DNA of 64,000 nucleotides from an uncultured Bacilli bacterium (GCA_934102355.1 CAKOSO010000001.1:7695-71694), one strand, 5' to 3'. Shown: positions 17,099-27,800, counted from the stretch's first letter. Notes: generated by a model not told the origin, from the letters alone. Made by a program: numbers and translations.

Positions 17099-18904
17099 AT
17101 GGAAAAGATAAAAACAAGGGATGAAGTTGATAGTAAATATAAGTGGGATTTATCTACCATTTATAATTCGGATAATGAAGTAGAATCAGATATTAAAAAA
17201 CTAAAAGAAAAAGTAGATGAGTTATTAAAGCATAAAGGCCATTTATTAGATAGTAGTGATACTTTATATACATCTACAAAAACATATTATGATTTATCAA
17301 GAATAATGGAAAGACTATATGTATATGCTAATTTAAAATTGCATGAAGATATGGCTGTTTCTAAAAACCAAGTTTTAGTTGGAAAGCTAGATATGCTATT
17401 TAATGAAATATCTTCATCACTTGCTTTTTATACTCCAGAAATTTTAAACGGTGACTATAATTTAGTCAAAAAATATATTAGTGAAAATGAACAATTAAAA
17501 AGATACAGTTTCATGTTTGAAGATTTATTTAGAAGCAAAGAACATGCTTTAAGTGAAAAAGAGGAAGTCCTATTATCAAATCTTGGAGAAGTCTTATCAG
17601 CCCCACTAGATACATTCGAGGTTTTAGATGATGTTGATATGAGCTTTGGTAAGATAAAAGATGAAAACGGTAAATCTGTTGAATTAAATAGTAGTAATTA
17701 CAATAGATTCTTAAAGTCTACTTCAAGAAAAGTAAGGCGTGATGCTTTTAATAAATTTTATAAAGGTTATGAGAAATTTAAAAATACTTATGCTAATATC
17801 TTAAAAAGTGAAGTTAAAACGAATTCTTTCTTGGCAAAATCAAGAAACTATAATAGTGTTTTAGAAATGTCTTTATTTAATGATAATATCGATAAAAAAC
17901 TATATGATAAATTAATCAAAGAAGTTAATGATAGCTTATATGATATGCATAAATATATAGCCTTAAGAAAAAAGGTTTTAAATCTTTCAAGCTTACATAT
18001 GTATGATCTTTATGTATCAATGGTTGATGAACCAAAATTAAGTTACACATACGAAGAAGCAAAAGAAATTATACTAAAAGCATTAGAACCACTAGGAGAA
18101 ACATATATCAATGATTTAAAACATGTTTTAGAATCTAATTGTATCGATGTTTTCAATAATAAAAATAAAATGAGCGGAGCTTATTCTTGGGGTGCATATG
18201 ATACAAATCCATTCATTCTTATGAATTTTGAAGGCACTTATTATGATGTTGAAACATTAATACATGAACTTGGACATTCTATGCATAGCTTTTATTCCCA
18301 CAAGTATCAAGAATATCAAGATTCAGAATATACAATATTTTTAGCAGAAATTGCATCTACTGTAAATGAGATGTTACTTAATAGATATATGTATAATAAT
18401 TCTAAGTCTAAAAATGAAAAATTGTTTTATCTAAATAATTTACTTGATATGTTTAGAACAACATTATATCGTCAAACAATGTTTGCAGAGTTTGAAAAAA
18501 TAATTTATGAAAAAGAAGCTAATAAAGAAGTTTTAAATGAAGAATTATTATCTAGTATTTATTATGATTTAAACAGAAAATATTATGGTAAATCTTTAGT
18601 ACATGATAATTTAATAAGATTAGAATGGGCAAGAATCTCTCATTTTTATAAAGGATTCTATGTATACAAATATGCAACTGGTATATCAATTGCAGCAAGT
18701 ATTGTTACTGATATATTAGGTAATAAAAAAAATGCACTTAATAATTATTTAGAGTTTTTAAAGAGTGGAGGAAAGACATATTCTTTAGAAATCTTAAAAA
18801 ATATTGGTATTGATATTGAAAATGATGATACAATTAAGAAGGCATTACAAATGTATAAAGATACATTGGAGGAGTTCATTTCTGAATTAGAAGTTAAGGA
18901 GTAG
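17099..18904 (+). CDS. pepF: Oligoendopeptidase F (M3B family)
   Basis: Zinc-binding HELGH motif ([11 protein letters not shown]). ~600 aa. The RBS AAGGAG precedes the ATG at 17099; the tracked start at 17069 lies inside the terminator hairpin. Confidence 0.85.
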   Translation: MEKIKTRDEVDSKYKWDLSTIYNSDNEVESDIKKLKEKVDELLKHKGHLLDSSDTLYTSTKTYYDLSRIMERLYVYANLKLHEDMAVSKNQVLVGKLDMLFNEISSSLAFYTPEILNGDYNLVKKYISENEQLKRYSFMFEDLFRSKEHALSEKEEVLLSNLGEVLSAPLDTFEVLDDVDMSFGKIKDENGKSVELNSSNYNRFLKSTSRKVRRDAFNKFYKGYEKFKNTYANILKSEVKTNSFLAKSRNYNSVLEMSLFNDNIDKKLYDKLIKEVNDSLYDMHKYIALRKKVLNLSSLHMYDLYVSMVDEPKLSYTYEEAKEIILKALEPLGETYINDLKHVLESNCIDVFNNKNKMSGAYSWGAYDTNPFILMNFEGTYYDVETLIHELGHSMHSFYSHKYQEYQDSEYTIFLAEIASTVNEMLLNRYMYNNSKSKNEKLFYLNNLLDMFRTTLYRQTMFAEFEKIIYEKEANKEVLNEELLSSIYYDLNRKYYGKSLVHDNLIRLEWARISHFYKGFYVYKYATGISIAASIVTDILGNKKNALNNYLEFLKSGGKTYSLEILKNIGIDIENDDTIKKALQMYKDTLEEFISELEVKE

Positions 18905-18909
18905 TTATT

Positions 18910-20046
18910 ATGGCTAGTAAAAGAGATTATTATGAGGTTTTAGGCGTTCCAAAAGATGCAAGTGAAAGCGACATTAAGCTAGCTTTTAGACGTCTTGCTA
19001 AAAAATACCATCCGGATGTATGCAAAGAAGAAGGAGCAGCAGAAAAGTTTAAAGAAGCACAAGAAGCATATGCGGTTTTATCAGATGAAACAAGAAGAAA
19101 ACAATATGACCAATTTGGACATGCAGCTTTTGATCAAAATGGCAACTCAGGTGCACAAGGTTTTGGTGGCGGATACGATTTCTCCGGCTTTGATTTTTCT
19201 TCAATCTTTGATGATTTATTTGGTGGACTTGGTTCTAGCTTTGGTGGATCTTTTGGAAGAAGAGATTCAAGAAGAAATACTAAAACCAAGGGAAATGATT
19301 CTTTAGTAGTTATGAAAATTTCTTTTTTAGAAGCTGTACTTGGTTGCAAGAAAGAAATAGAAATTACTACTACAGATAAATGTAAAGAATGTAATGGTAA
19401 TGGTGGTTTTGGTGAGAAAGTGTGTGATTTGTGTCATGGAAGTGGTACAATCACTAGCGAGCAACATACCTTGTTTGGAGCTTTCTTAACAAAAACTACT
19501 TGTACCAAATGCGATGGTTTAGGAAAAACCTATGACAGAGTTTGTTCTACATGTCGCGGCAAAGGTAGAGTAAAAGTTGTAAAAAATGTTACGGTTACTG
19601 TTCCGGAAGGAGTTGACACCGGAAATAGATTAAGACTATCTGGCTATGGTGAAGCAAGTAGTAATGGTGGAGAAAACGGAGATTTATATATAGAATTTAA
19701 CGTTTTAGATCACGACTTTTATAGTAGAGAAGGAAATGATTTATACATAGAACTTCCAATTACTATTTCAGAGGCCGTACTTGGTTGCAAAAAAGAAATT
19801 AAACTTCCAAAATCTAGTTTAATTCTTACAATTCCAGCTGGATCTCAAACAGGAGATAAACAAAGAGTTAAAGGAAAAGGTATAAAAGATGTAAATTATG
19901 ATAGATATGGAGATTTATATATTTATATAAAAGTTATTACTCCAAAGAAACTATCAAGAGAACAAAAAGATTTATTTGAAAGATTAAGTAATACAGATTT
20001 ATCTGATCGTGAGATAGATAAATATAATAAATTTTTAAGACAATAA
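18910..20046 (+). CDS. dnaJ: Chaperone DnaJ
   Basis: J-domain with HPD (KKYHPDV). A Gly/Phe-rich linker. Four CxxCxGxG zinc-finger repeats. Confidence 0.9.
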   Translation: MASKRDYYEVLGVPKDASESDIKLAFRRLAKKYHPDVCKEEGAAEKFKEAQEAYAVLSDETRRKQYDQFGHAAFDQNGNSGAQGFGGGYDFSGFDFSSIFDDLFGGLGSSFGGSFGRRDSRRNTKTKGNDSLVVMKISFLEAVLGCKKEIEITTTDKCKECNGNGGFGEKVCDLCHGSGTITSEQHTLFGAFLTKTTCTKCDGLGKTYDRVCSTCRGKGRVKVVKNVTVTVPEGVDTGNRLRLSGYGEASSNGGENGDLYIEFNVLDHDFYSREGNDLYIELPITISEAVLGCKKEIKLPKSSLILTIPAGSQTGDKQRVKGKGIKDVNYDRYGDLYIYIKVITPKKLSREQKDLFERLSNTDLSDREIDKYNKFLRQ

Positions 20047-20079
20047 AAGAGCCTACAAAAGTAGACTCTTTTATTTTTA
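20047..20079. terminator. Bidirectional terminator (dnaJ and the small minus-strand ORF)
   Basis: Imperfect hairpin aagagccta-caaaag-tagactctt followed by a T-run. Confidence 0.5.
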
Positions 20080-20277
20080 AATATTATCTATAAATACTTT
20101 TACTAAATTATTTTTTTCACTATCATTAATATTTTTCCATATTATTTCAAAAATAACTCCTAAACCAGGAAGAATTAATTCTTCTTTATCAATACTATCA
20201 TTAATTATTTTTTTTAGACTATCAACATTTTCTTCCTTAAGTTTTTCTTTTATATCACTTCTAATATTCAAATTCAT
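20077..20277 (-). CDS. Small hypothetical protein (66 aa)
   Basis: The RBS GGTGAT sits 3 nt before the ATG at 20277; the tracked start at 20322 lacks an SD. Cytoplasmic, with no known motif recognised. Confidence 0.4.
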   Translation of the reverse strand: MNLNIRSDIKEKLKEENVDSLKKIINDSIDKEELILPGLGVIFEIIWKNINDSEKNNLVKVFIDNI

Positions 20278-20375
20278 ATAATCACCATTTATAGTATTTT
20301 GTATTTTTTTAATAATATACATTTTTATTGATAAAAACTACTAATTGATATATAATTTGTAATAGGAGGATATTT

Positions 20376-20924
20376 ATGATTTGGATTATTATTGGTGTAG
20401 TTGTTTTACTTTTAATTATCTTTTTTGTTGGCAACTATAACTCATTAGTAAAATTAAAAAATAGAAAAGATGATCAATGGGCACAAATTGAAGTGCAATT
20501 AAAGAAAAGAGCAGATTTAATTCCTAACTTAGTTGAAGTTGTTAAAGGTTATGCAAAACATGAAAAATCAACATTTGAAGATGTTGTAAAAGCTAGAAAC
20601 ACTTATGCTTCTGCTTCATCATTTGAAGATGAGGTTAAAGCTAGTGGAGAAGTTACTAAAGCATTGAACAAGCTTTTCGCTTTAGCTGAGGCTTACCCAG
20701 AATTAAAAGCTAATGAAAATTTCTTATCATTACAAAATGATTTAAAAGATGTTGAAGAAAAAATCTCTGTATCTAGACAATTCTACAATGATACAGTATT
20801 AACATATAACAATAAAGTTATGATGTTTCCTTCTAATATAGTTGCTTCATTATTTAAATTTGAAAAAGGTAAATTTTTTGAAGCATCTGAAGAAGATAAA
20901 AAAGTACCTAAAGTTAGTTTCTAA
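20376..20924 (+). CDS. lemA: LemA family membrane protein
   Basis: An N-terminal TM followed by LKNRKDDQWAQIEVQLKKRADLIPNLVE, typical of LemA. RBS AGGAGG. Confidence 0.85.
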   Translation: MIWIIIGVVVLLLIIFFVGNYNSLVKLKNRKDDQWAQIEVQLKKRADLIPNLVEVVKGYAKHEKSTFEDVVKARNTYASASSFEDEVKASGEVTKALNKLFALAEAYPELKANENFLSLQNDLKDVEEKISVSRQFYNDTVLTYNNKVMMFPSNIVASLFKFEKGKFFEASEEDKKVPKVSF

Positions 20925-20959
20925 GGCTTACAATGTAAGTCTTTTTTTGGAGGATTAAT

Positions 20960-22789
20960 ATGAAAAAAAATATTATATTGTTTTATTTTCTAATTCTTTT
21001 ATTTCCATTATCAGTTAGTGCACAAGCAGTATCTAATGTTAACTATAAAATAAATTCATATAAGATAGATGCTTACATTTCTAATAATGGTGATATGAAT
21101 GTTTGTGAATACATAAAACAAACTGGTAGTTTTAATGGATATGTAAGAGATATTTTTTACAAAAGTGGTGAAGAAGAGTACACACCATCAGACTTAGTTA
21201 ATTTAAATATATATGATTTAAATATTAATGACATGAGTAAGGGCGATGAATTTGTACTTGATAATGCTGCAGTTAAGGGAGATAGATTAAAGTATACTGC
21301 AAACTATTCTTCTGATGGAGTATCACTTACTATGTATAATGCTAGTTCAAATGGATCTAGAGGTTACGCTATTTGTTATACCTTAAAAGACGCAGTTTTA
21401 GTTCATAATGACACTGCTGAGGTTTACTACACTTTTATTCCAGATGGATTTTCAGATTTATTAAATGATGTTTCTGTTAATGTTTATTTACCTGGAATTG
21501 ATGATGATTTTAGAGTATTTGGTCATGGGGCATTATATGGTAATATCACTCGTAACAAAGGTGATAATTATTCATATGCAACTGCAACCATTCCATTTAT
21601 AAACCCAAACAATGTACTAAATATAAGAATTTTATTTAATAAAGATTTAGTAAGTCAAGCCACTAAAAAAGATAACACTGATGCACTTGATTCAATTTTT
21701 GAATTTGAACAAAGACTGGCTGATGAAGCTAATGCTAAAAGAGAAAGAGCAAAAGCAATTGAAACTGCTAGAATGATTGCTTTCTTCATATATGTTGGAA
21801 TTGTTCTTGGTATGGATATCTATTGTTATTTTAAATATGACAAGGAATACAAAGTATCATTTAATCATGAATATTACCGTGACTTCCCAAATGAATATGG
21901 ACCAGAAATTCTTGAATATTTAATTAAACACAGCTCTACAAACCTTGGATATTCTGCAAGTATTTTAAATATTATCCATAAAAAAGGGCTTAAAGTAACT
22001 AAAACTAAAGATGAAAAAGACTTTTATTTGGAAAAAGGTGATACTAGTAATCTAGATGCTAATGAAACAAGTATAGTCGATTTTTTAATTAATACTATTG
22101 GAAAAGATAATAAAGTAAGTCTTGAGCAGATAAAAAAATATGGCAAAAAAGAAAGCACTGCAAGAATTTTCTTGAATAAATTTAATAGTTGGAAAACCAG
22201 CGTAGTAACAGAAGCAAAAACATATAATTTCTTTGAAAAATCATATAGCTTTATTTTTGCTATTATAATTGCATTTCTAATGATATTTATAATTACAATA
22301 GTCCCATTTGGAGTTTGTACTTTTATTACTTTAGTTTTAGGAGTTGCATCAGTAACTTATTTATTTACTATCAAAAAAAGAAGTAAAGAAGGCGTTTTAG
22401 AATATAAAAAATGGATGGCCTTCAAAAAGTTTTTACTTCATTTTGGTAGATTCAATGAAAAAGAACTACAAGATATTACTCTTTGGGAAAGATATCTTGT
22501 TTATGCTACAGTTCTTGGTGTTGCAAAACAACTTGAAAAAACATTGAAAATAAAGATCAAAGAAATGAATGATGCAGGAGTCACGTATTCAGATATTTAT
22601 TTTATGAATTATTATATTAATTCATCTATTGCATCAACAATTTCATCTAGCGTATCTAAAGCAATAGCCGTTTCAAATTCAACTATAGCATCATCTAATT
22701 CATCTTCTGGGTCTGGATATGGAGGGGGATTCTCTGGTGGAGGAGGCTTCTCCGGTGGCGGAGGAGGTGGAGGAGGACATGGTTTCTAA
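20960..22789 (+). CDS. DUF2207-type membrane protein, the LemA partner, with a Gly-rich C-terminal tail
   Basis: Signal peptide, a large extracytoplasmic N-domain and multi-TM segments. The C-terminus is SGSGYGGGFSGGGGFSGGGGGGGGHGF. The LemA-DUF2207 pairing is conserved. Confidence 0.75.
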   Translation: MKKNIILFYFLILLFPLSVSAQAVSNVNYKINSYKIDAYISNNGDMNVCEYIKQTGSFNGYVRDIFYKSGEEEYTPSDLVNLNIYDLNINDMSKGDEFVLDNAAVKGDRLKYTANYSSDGVSLTMYNASSNGSRGYAICYTLKDAVLVHNDTAEVYYTFIPDGFSDLLNDVSVNVYLPGIDDDFRVFGHGALYGNITRNKGDNYSYATATIPFINPNNVLNIRILFNKDLVSQATKKDNTDALDSIFEFEQRLADEANAKRERAKAIETARMIAFFIYVGIVLGMDIYCYFKYDKEYKVSFNHEYYRDFPNEYGPEILEYLIKHSSTNLGYSASILNIIHKKGLKVTKTKDEKDFYLEKGDTSNLDANETSIVDFLINTIGKDNKVSLEQIKKYGKKESTARIFLNKFNSWKTSVVTEAKTYNFFEKSYSFIFAIIIAFLMIFIITIVPFGVCTFITLVLGVASVTYLFTIKKRSKEGVLEYKKWMAFKKFLLHFGRFNEKELQDITLWERYLVYATVLGVAKQLEKTLKIKIKEMNDAGVTYSDIYFMNYYINSSIASTISSSVSKAIAVSNSTIASSNSSSGSGYGGGFSGGGGFSGGGGGGGGHGF

Positions 22790-22849
22790 AACTATGTCTT
22801 TTTCTTTACACAAATGTTTGTTTGTGTTAAAATTTAATTGGTGATGCAC

Positions 22850-24055
22850 ATGAACAGAATTATTTTTCATATTGATTGTAATAATGCTTTTCTTTCGTGG
22901 AGCGCAATAAAACTTTTAGAAGATGGATATAAAGTAGATATAAGAAATATCTATGCCGTAATAGGAGGAGATGAAGATAGAAGAACAGGAATTGTTCTTG
23001 CTAAATCTAATCTTTGTAAAAAATTAGGTATTAAAACTGCTGACACATTATATAGTGCTAGAAAAAAATGTAAAAATTTAAAAGTATTTCCACCAAATTA
23101 TAAATTTTATGCTAAAAAATCAAACGAATTATTTAATCTTCTAAATAATTATTCTCCTGATATAGAAGTTGCATCAATAGACGAGTGCTATCTTGATTAT
23201 ACAAAGGTTAAAAACTTATATGGTGACGAAGTGAAATTTGCTTACAAGCTAAAAAATGAAATAAAAGAGAAACTTGGATTTACTGTTAATATAGGTATTG
23301 CAAACAATAAACTTTGTGCTAAAATGGCTTCGGATTTTAGAAAACCAGATAAAGTTCATACCCTATACGAAAGCGAAATAGAGTCAAAAATGTATCCACT
23401 TCCTATATCAGATCTATTTGGAATAGGTAGAAATACTGTTCCAAAACTTAATGTTTTAGGAATTAAAACTATTGGTGATTTAGCTAATTTTGATATTAAT
23501 ATTTTAAAAAAGTATTTTAAAAATCAAGCATCAACCATGATAGATAGTGCCAAAGGAATAAATTATGATGAAGTTGTAAGTGACAGGTGGATCCCTAAAG
23601 GAATTGGAAATGAAGTAACTTTGCTGTATGACACTAATAACTTTGAATACATAGAAAACAATTTACTTATGATTGCAGAAAATATTGGATCACGTCTTAG
23701 AAAAGAAAAAAAGTATGCATATGTAATCTGTGTCACTGTAAAAGATATGAATTTCGTAAGAAAATCACATCAAAAGAAAATTAAAGTTCCTACCGATAGC
23801 AACGAGAAAATATTTAATGTTGCAAAAGAAATATATTTAAGGTATTTTAAAGAAGAAAAAATAAGACTTATTGGTATAAGACTTGATGATTTAGTAACAG
23901 AAAAATATGATCAGTTATCTTTATTTGATAGTAAAGTTGATGATGTAAGTTCAAGTAAACTCGATTATGTTTTAGATGATTTAAGAAAAAAATATGGAAA
24001 AAACATAATAAATAAAGCAAGTATTATCAATACTAATAAAGAATTTCATAAATAA
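22850..24055 (+). CDS. dinB: Y-family DNA polymerase IV
   Basis: Motifs IIFHIDCNNAFLSWS (compare HxDxDxFFA) and ASIDECYLDYT (compare SIDEAYLD). The RBS TTGGTGA precedes the ATG at 22850. Confidence 0.8.
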   Translation: MNRIIFHIDCNNAFLSWSAIKLLEDGYKVDIRNIYAVIGGDEDRRTGIVLAKSNLCKKLGIKTADTLYSARKKCKNLKVFPPNYKFYAKKSNELFNLLNNYSPDIEVASIDECYLDYTKVKNLYGDEVKFAYKLKNEIKEKLGFTVNIGIANNKLCAKMASDFRKPDKVHTLYESEIESKMYPLPISDLFGIGRNTVPKLNVLGIKTIGDLANFDINILKKYFKNQASTMIDSAKGINYDEVVSDRWIPKGIGNEVTLLYDTNNFEYIENNLLMIAENIGSRLRKEKKYAYVICVTVKDMNFVRKSHQKKIKVPTDSNEKIFNVAKEIYLRYFKEEKIRLIGIRLDDLVTEKYDQLSLFDSKVDDVSSSKLDYVLDDLRKKYGKNIINKASIINTNKEFHK

Positions 24056-24061
24056 AAACAA

Positions 24062-24085
24062 AAAAGGACCAAAAGTCCTTTTTAA
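24062..24085. terminator. Terminator hairpin after dinB
   Basis: Stem aggac-caaaa-gtcct followed by ttttt. Confidence 0.55.
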
Positions 24086-24093
24086 ATTCATAA

Positions 24094-24169
24094 TGGTGAT
24101 TCCTTAGGGATTCGAACCCTAGACCCACAGATTAAGAGTCTGTTGCTCTACCAGCTGAGCTAAGGAACC
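24094..24169 (-). tRNA. tRNA-Lys (anticodon CTT), 76 nt with encoded CCA
   Basis: The reverse complement reads GGTTCCTTAGCTCAGCTGGTAGAGCAACAGACTCTTAATCTGTGGGTCTAGGGTTCGAATCCCTAAGGAATCACCA. The acceptor, D, anticodon (ACAGA/TCTGT, loop CTCTTAA) and T stems all pair. The T-loop is TTCGAAT. Confidence 0.85.
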
Positions 24170-24207
24170 AAATAATTACTAATCAATTATAACATATAAT
24201 TTTTATT

Positions 24208-24236
24208 TTGCAATAATTATTATTGACTTATTGCAA
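24208..24236 (+). promoter_or_regulatory. Inverted repeat TTGCAATAA-N11-TTATTGCAA, a candidate operator upstream of the CHAP-protein gene
   Basis: Perfect 9-bp inverted repeat arms. A TTGATT...TATAAA promoter-like element and the RBS GAGGTGA follow before the ATG at 24290. Confidence 0.3.
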
Positions 24237-24289
24237 AAAAAGTTGATTTAAGTTATCATAATCTTATAAATAGTGTGAGGTGATTAGTC

Positions 24290-26416
24290 ATGGACGACGA
24301 ATTTAACGGAATGAGTCCTGAAGATGTAGGTGGAGAAGAAACCTTATCAGGTTTAGCAAATGGTGTTTCAAGTGGAGTTAACTCTGCACAATCTTTAGCC
24401 CATGGTATTGGGAACACTGTAAATAGATTTAGAAATTCCGGAAAAGATGATGAAGAAGGAGAAAAAAAGGAAGGAGAAGAAGGTTCAGAAAACAAAGAAG
24501 GAAAAGATGACGACTTACTAGGTTCAAAGGAAAAAGATCCTAACCTAGATAAAGATACACCTGATACAAGCGGAAATACTTCTGGTGCTCCTAAAACTGA
24601 TCCAGCTTCAAAAGATGTTGCTGGTGAAAACCTAGCCAAAGGTAATGCTCCAAAAGGAATGAATGAAAATAGTTCATTGCCAGACAACAGAAGTGAATTA
24701 GCAGGGAAAAATAAAAAGGGTAAAAAAGGCAAAAAAGGAATTGATGGTGGAAATAATCAAGCAGCAAATCCTAATGGCTCATTCGGAAAAAAACAACAAA
24801 CACCTAATTTAAATAATGAATCAAATCCTGCACTTGGTATCAATGCAGGTAAGAAATCAGGCGGAAGTGCAGCTAAAGATAGCGCTAAAAAAGGAGCAAA
24901 AAAAGGAGCTAAGAAAGGCGCAAAAGCAGCCAAAGATACTAAAAAAAATGCAGAAAAAGCAAAAAAAGCTATTCAAGTGTTTATGAAATTGCCTTTTGTT
25001 CTTAAAATAATTATCATAATCGTTATTGCAGTAATTTTTCTTGTTTTATTCTTACTATTACTACTTGCAGGAAACGAGAATGATGGAACAGGTGGCTCTA
25101 ATTATGGTACCCCTTACACTTATGAAAATGTTCCGTCAGTTAGACCAAGTGGACAACCACAAAAGTTTATAAATGAGAATGTTAGTTTTACCGATTCATG
25201 TACTACTAGTGATGGAGTTCAAGGATATCAAGTTTTAAATGGTGTTGCAGGTCCAGAAGTTACTAATTCTAAACTTGCCAACGCTCATGTTACTTCATAC
25301 ATAGATACGAATGGGATTTCTAAATATTTTAATAAAGTTGGAAGTTATTATACATTTAAAGTCGTTGACGAAAATGAAGAAACAATGTGTATTCCAAGCG
25401 ATGCTTTATTAGGAATACAAGATGTTATAATAAGAGAAGTTATTATGCCTCAAGTTGACAATAATGCAAAAGAATATGATCTTGCTCTTACTTATTACCA
25501 AACAGATGCCTTAGTTGCAGGTAACTATAGTGATGGAAGAGACTCTTCAAGTAGCTCAATATCATCATTTAAAAACGGTGATTATTCAGTACTATGGAAA
25601 TCAATGAAAGGTAAAACTAGCAATACTACACTTGAATATGCTTATGTTATGCCAAACAGTAATATGATGCTTTTATCGAATTCATTTAAAGTATTTGCAT
25701 CATCAAGTAATAGAGACTATAAAGCTAGAAAAAGATCAGAGTATTCTTTATTTGTTACCGGAGATTACTCTAGAACAAAATCAACAATTACTGATGAAGT
25801 TTTAAATGATTACGATAATTATAAAGCTGGTAATATATTAGATTATCAAGCAATTGCATATTCAGCATCATCAAGTAAAAGTTCTGGTACATATACAAGC
25901 TTAACTTGTGGTAGCTCAAGAATAAATGTTACAAAACCTAAAAATGCATGGTGTGCTGCTGGAATATATAGATATTTTGAAAGCTTTTTGCCTACTGCAG
26001 ATCCAGCTGCTTGGAGTAAATTTCATAATATTTCTGGAGATGCAAAAGACTATTACTTCAGAAATAGAAATCTAGGAGCAAATGGATTTAAAATGGATAA
26101 AAATGCAGATAATTTAACACCAGGAACACTAATCGTATATTTCTGGTTAGGTTCACCAACTCATTGTGGTAATAAATGGGGTAGTGGTGACAGAAGTCTA
26201 TGCGGACACATTCAAGTAGTTGAAGCAAACGACGGAAAAGGAAATCTTCAAATATTCGAATGTAACACTTCAAGATATTCTGCATATGGTTGTTCAGGTG
26301 GAGGAGCAAATGGAGGCTGTTGTTCTCACCCAGAAACAGTTCAATACTACAAAAATTTAATGAATTCATCAAACTACGATGTTTTAGGATTTATTCATGT
26401 TTTAGGAGATTGTTAA
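24290..26416 (+). CDS. Membrane-anchored CHAP-domain (cysteine/histidine-dependent amidohydrolase/peptidase) protein with a long disordered Lys/Gly/Glu-rich N-terminal region
   Basis: ~235 aa of low complexity (KKGAKKGAKKGAK) come first. One TM follows (LPFVLKIIIIIVIAVIFLVLFLLLLLA). The extracytoplasmic domain ends in a CHAP-like NAWCAAGIY (Cys) ... CGHIQVVEAND (His). Confidence 0.6.
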   Translation: MDDEFNGMSPEDVGGEETLSGLANGVSSGVNSAQSLAHGIGNTVNRFRNSGKDDEEGEKKEGEEGSENKEGKDDDLLGSKEKDPNLDKDTPDTSGNTSGAPKTDPASKDVAGENLAKGNAPKGMNENSSLPDNRSELAGKNKKGKKGKKGIDGGNNQAANPNGSFGKKQQTPNLNNESNPALGINAGKKSGGSAAKDSAKKGAKKGAKKGAKAAKDTKKNAEKAKKAIQVFMKLPFVLKIIIIIVIAVIFLVLFLLLLLAGNENDGTGGSNYGTPYTYENVPSVRPSGQPQKFINENVSFTDSCTTSDGVQGYQVLNGVAGPEVTNSKLANAHVTSYIDTNGISKYFNKVGSYYTFKVVDENEETMCIPSDALLGIQDVIIREVIMPQVDNNAKEYDLALTYYQTDALVAGNYSDGRDSSSSSISSFKNGDYSVLWKSMKGKTSNTTLEYAYVMPNSNMMLLSNSFKVFASSSNRDYKARKRSEYSLFVTGDYSRTKSTITDEVLNDYDNYKAGNILDYQAIAYSASSSKSSGTYTSLTCGSSRINVTKPKNAWCAAGIYRYFESFLPTADPAAWSKFHNISGDAKDYYFRNRNLGANGFKMDKNADNLTPGTLIVYFWLGSPTHCGNKWGSGDRSLCGHIQVVEANDGKGNLQIFECNTSRYSAYGCSGGGANGGCCSHPETVQYYKNLMNSSNYDVLGFIHVLGDC

Positions 26417-27157
26417 ATGAAAAAGGGAAAAATAATTATTTTGTTAGCTTTTTTGATATTATTTACTGGTTGTAGTGCTACAGTTAACTATAATATTGAT
26501 AATGGTATATCGCAAGATATGACTATTTCATTAAATAGCAGTGAACGTAGTAGTAAAACGGTTTATAACCTTGCTCTTGAAAGTGTTGAAAGAGTTGAAA
26601 AAACAACTGAAATGCTTAGTGAATTTACATTTTCTGATACAGAAAGCTATAGCACTTTAAAAATTCAAAAAAAATCATCAATGAGTGATTATAAATTTGA
26701 TAATGCACTTGCAATGTGCTATGATACAGTACTATTTAGTAATGCTAATAATATGTTATCAATATCTACCGATAATGTTGCAACATGCTTTTCAAACTAT
26801 CCAATGTTAGATGAATTAACAATTAATTTAACTACTGATTATAAAGTTTTAGAAAACAATGCAGATGAAGTAAATAACAATGTTTATACTTGGAAAATAA
26901 CAAAAAATAATTATACAAACAAAAAAATAAAACTTAGAGTTGATTATAGTGTCGATGGAAACAGAGACACATCATCACCTGGAAGTAGTGATACTAAACC
27001 TGTTACACCAGATAATAGAACTGATAATAAAGATAACACAGTTACTAAAACTTCTACAGTTTTACCTATATTAATTATGATAGGTACAATACTTGTGATA
27101 TCTATAATTCTATACATAGCTTATTATTTTAAAAATAAAAAAAATAATGAAATTTAA
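26417..27157 (+). CDS. Lipoprotein with a C-terminal TM anchor
   Basis: Lipobox LFTGC. The start abuts the upstream stop (TAAATG). A C-terminal hydrophobic helix is followed by a KNKKNNEI tail. Confidence 0.6.
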   Translation: MKKGKIIILLAFLILFTGCSATVNYNIDNGISQDMTISLNSSERSSKTVYNLALESVERVEKTTEMLSEFTFSDTESYSTLKIQKKSSMSDYKFDNALAMCYDTVLFSNANNMLSISTDNVATCFSNYPMLDELTINLTTDYKVLENNADEVNNNVYTWKITKNNYTNKKIKLRVDYSVDGNRDTSSPGSSDTKPVTPDNRTDNKDNTVTKTSTVLPILIMIGTILVISIILYIAYYFKNKKNNEI

Positions 27158-27214
27158 TCAAAAATTGTATAAAAAAAACAATTCCTTCCATTATATTAGT
27201 GGGAGGAATTTTTT

Positions 27215-27757
27215 ATGAAAAAGTTTGTAATATATTTGTCTTGCTTTTTTGCTATAGTATTCTTATGTGGATGCAGTATGGATAATACTCCAACTAAAAA
27301 AACAGAAAGATTTTTAAATAATTATAAAAATTTAAACTCTACTGTTTTAACTCAACTTGATGATGTTGTAAATGGTGATACTCTTATGAATAGTGAACAA
27401 AAAGACTTATATAAAGAGGTATTAAAAAAACAATATCAGGATTTAACTTATACTGTTAAAGATGAAGTAATTAATGGAAATAACGCTATTGTTACTGTTG
27501 AGATAGAAGTTTATGATCTTTATAAAACAAATAAAGATATAAGCGATTACTATGATACTCATAAAGAAGAATTCATGGTAGATGGTAAAATATCTGATAC
27601 TAAATATCTTGACTATAGAATTAAACAATTACAAAATACTCGTGACAAAGTAAAATACACAATTGACTTTAATTTAACTAAAGTAGATAAAGAGTGGACA
27701 ATGGATGAAATAAGCAATTCAACTATTCAGAAATTACATGGATTATACGCATATTAG
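27215..27757 (+). CDS. Lipoprotein (hypothetical)
   Basis: RBS GGGAGG. Lipobox FLCGCS. Confidence 0.6.
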   Translation: MKKFVIYLSCFFAIVFLCGCSMDNTPTKKTERFLNNYKNLNSTVLTQLDDVVNGDTLMNSEQKDLYKEVLKKQYQDLTYTVKDEVINGNNAIVTVEIEVYDLYKTNKDISDYYDTHKEEFMVDGKISDTKYLDYRIKQLQNTRDKVKYTIDFNLTKVDKEWTMDEISNSTIQKLHGLYAY

Positions 27758-27800
27758 TATAATCTTTTTTATTTCTAATATAATTTTATAGGTGAACTTT

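Noticed and set aside
18995-19349. ORFs of 103 aa (+) and 71 aa (-) inside dnaJ
   Set aside because: They are alternate-frame or antisense artefacts of the Gly/Phe-rich linker region of DnaJ.
24256-24732. 158-aa minus-strand ORF rich in Pro/Ser/Phe
   Set aside because: It mirrors the GA-rich low-complexity region of the CHAP-protein gene and has no start context.
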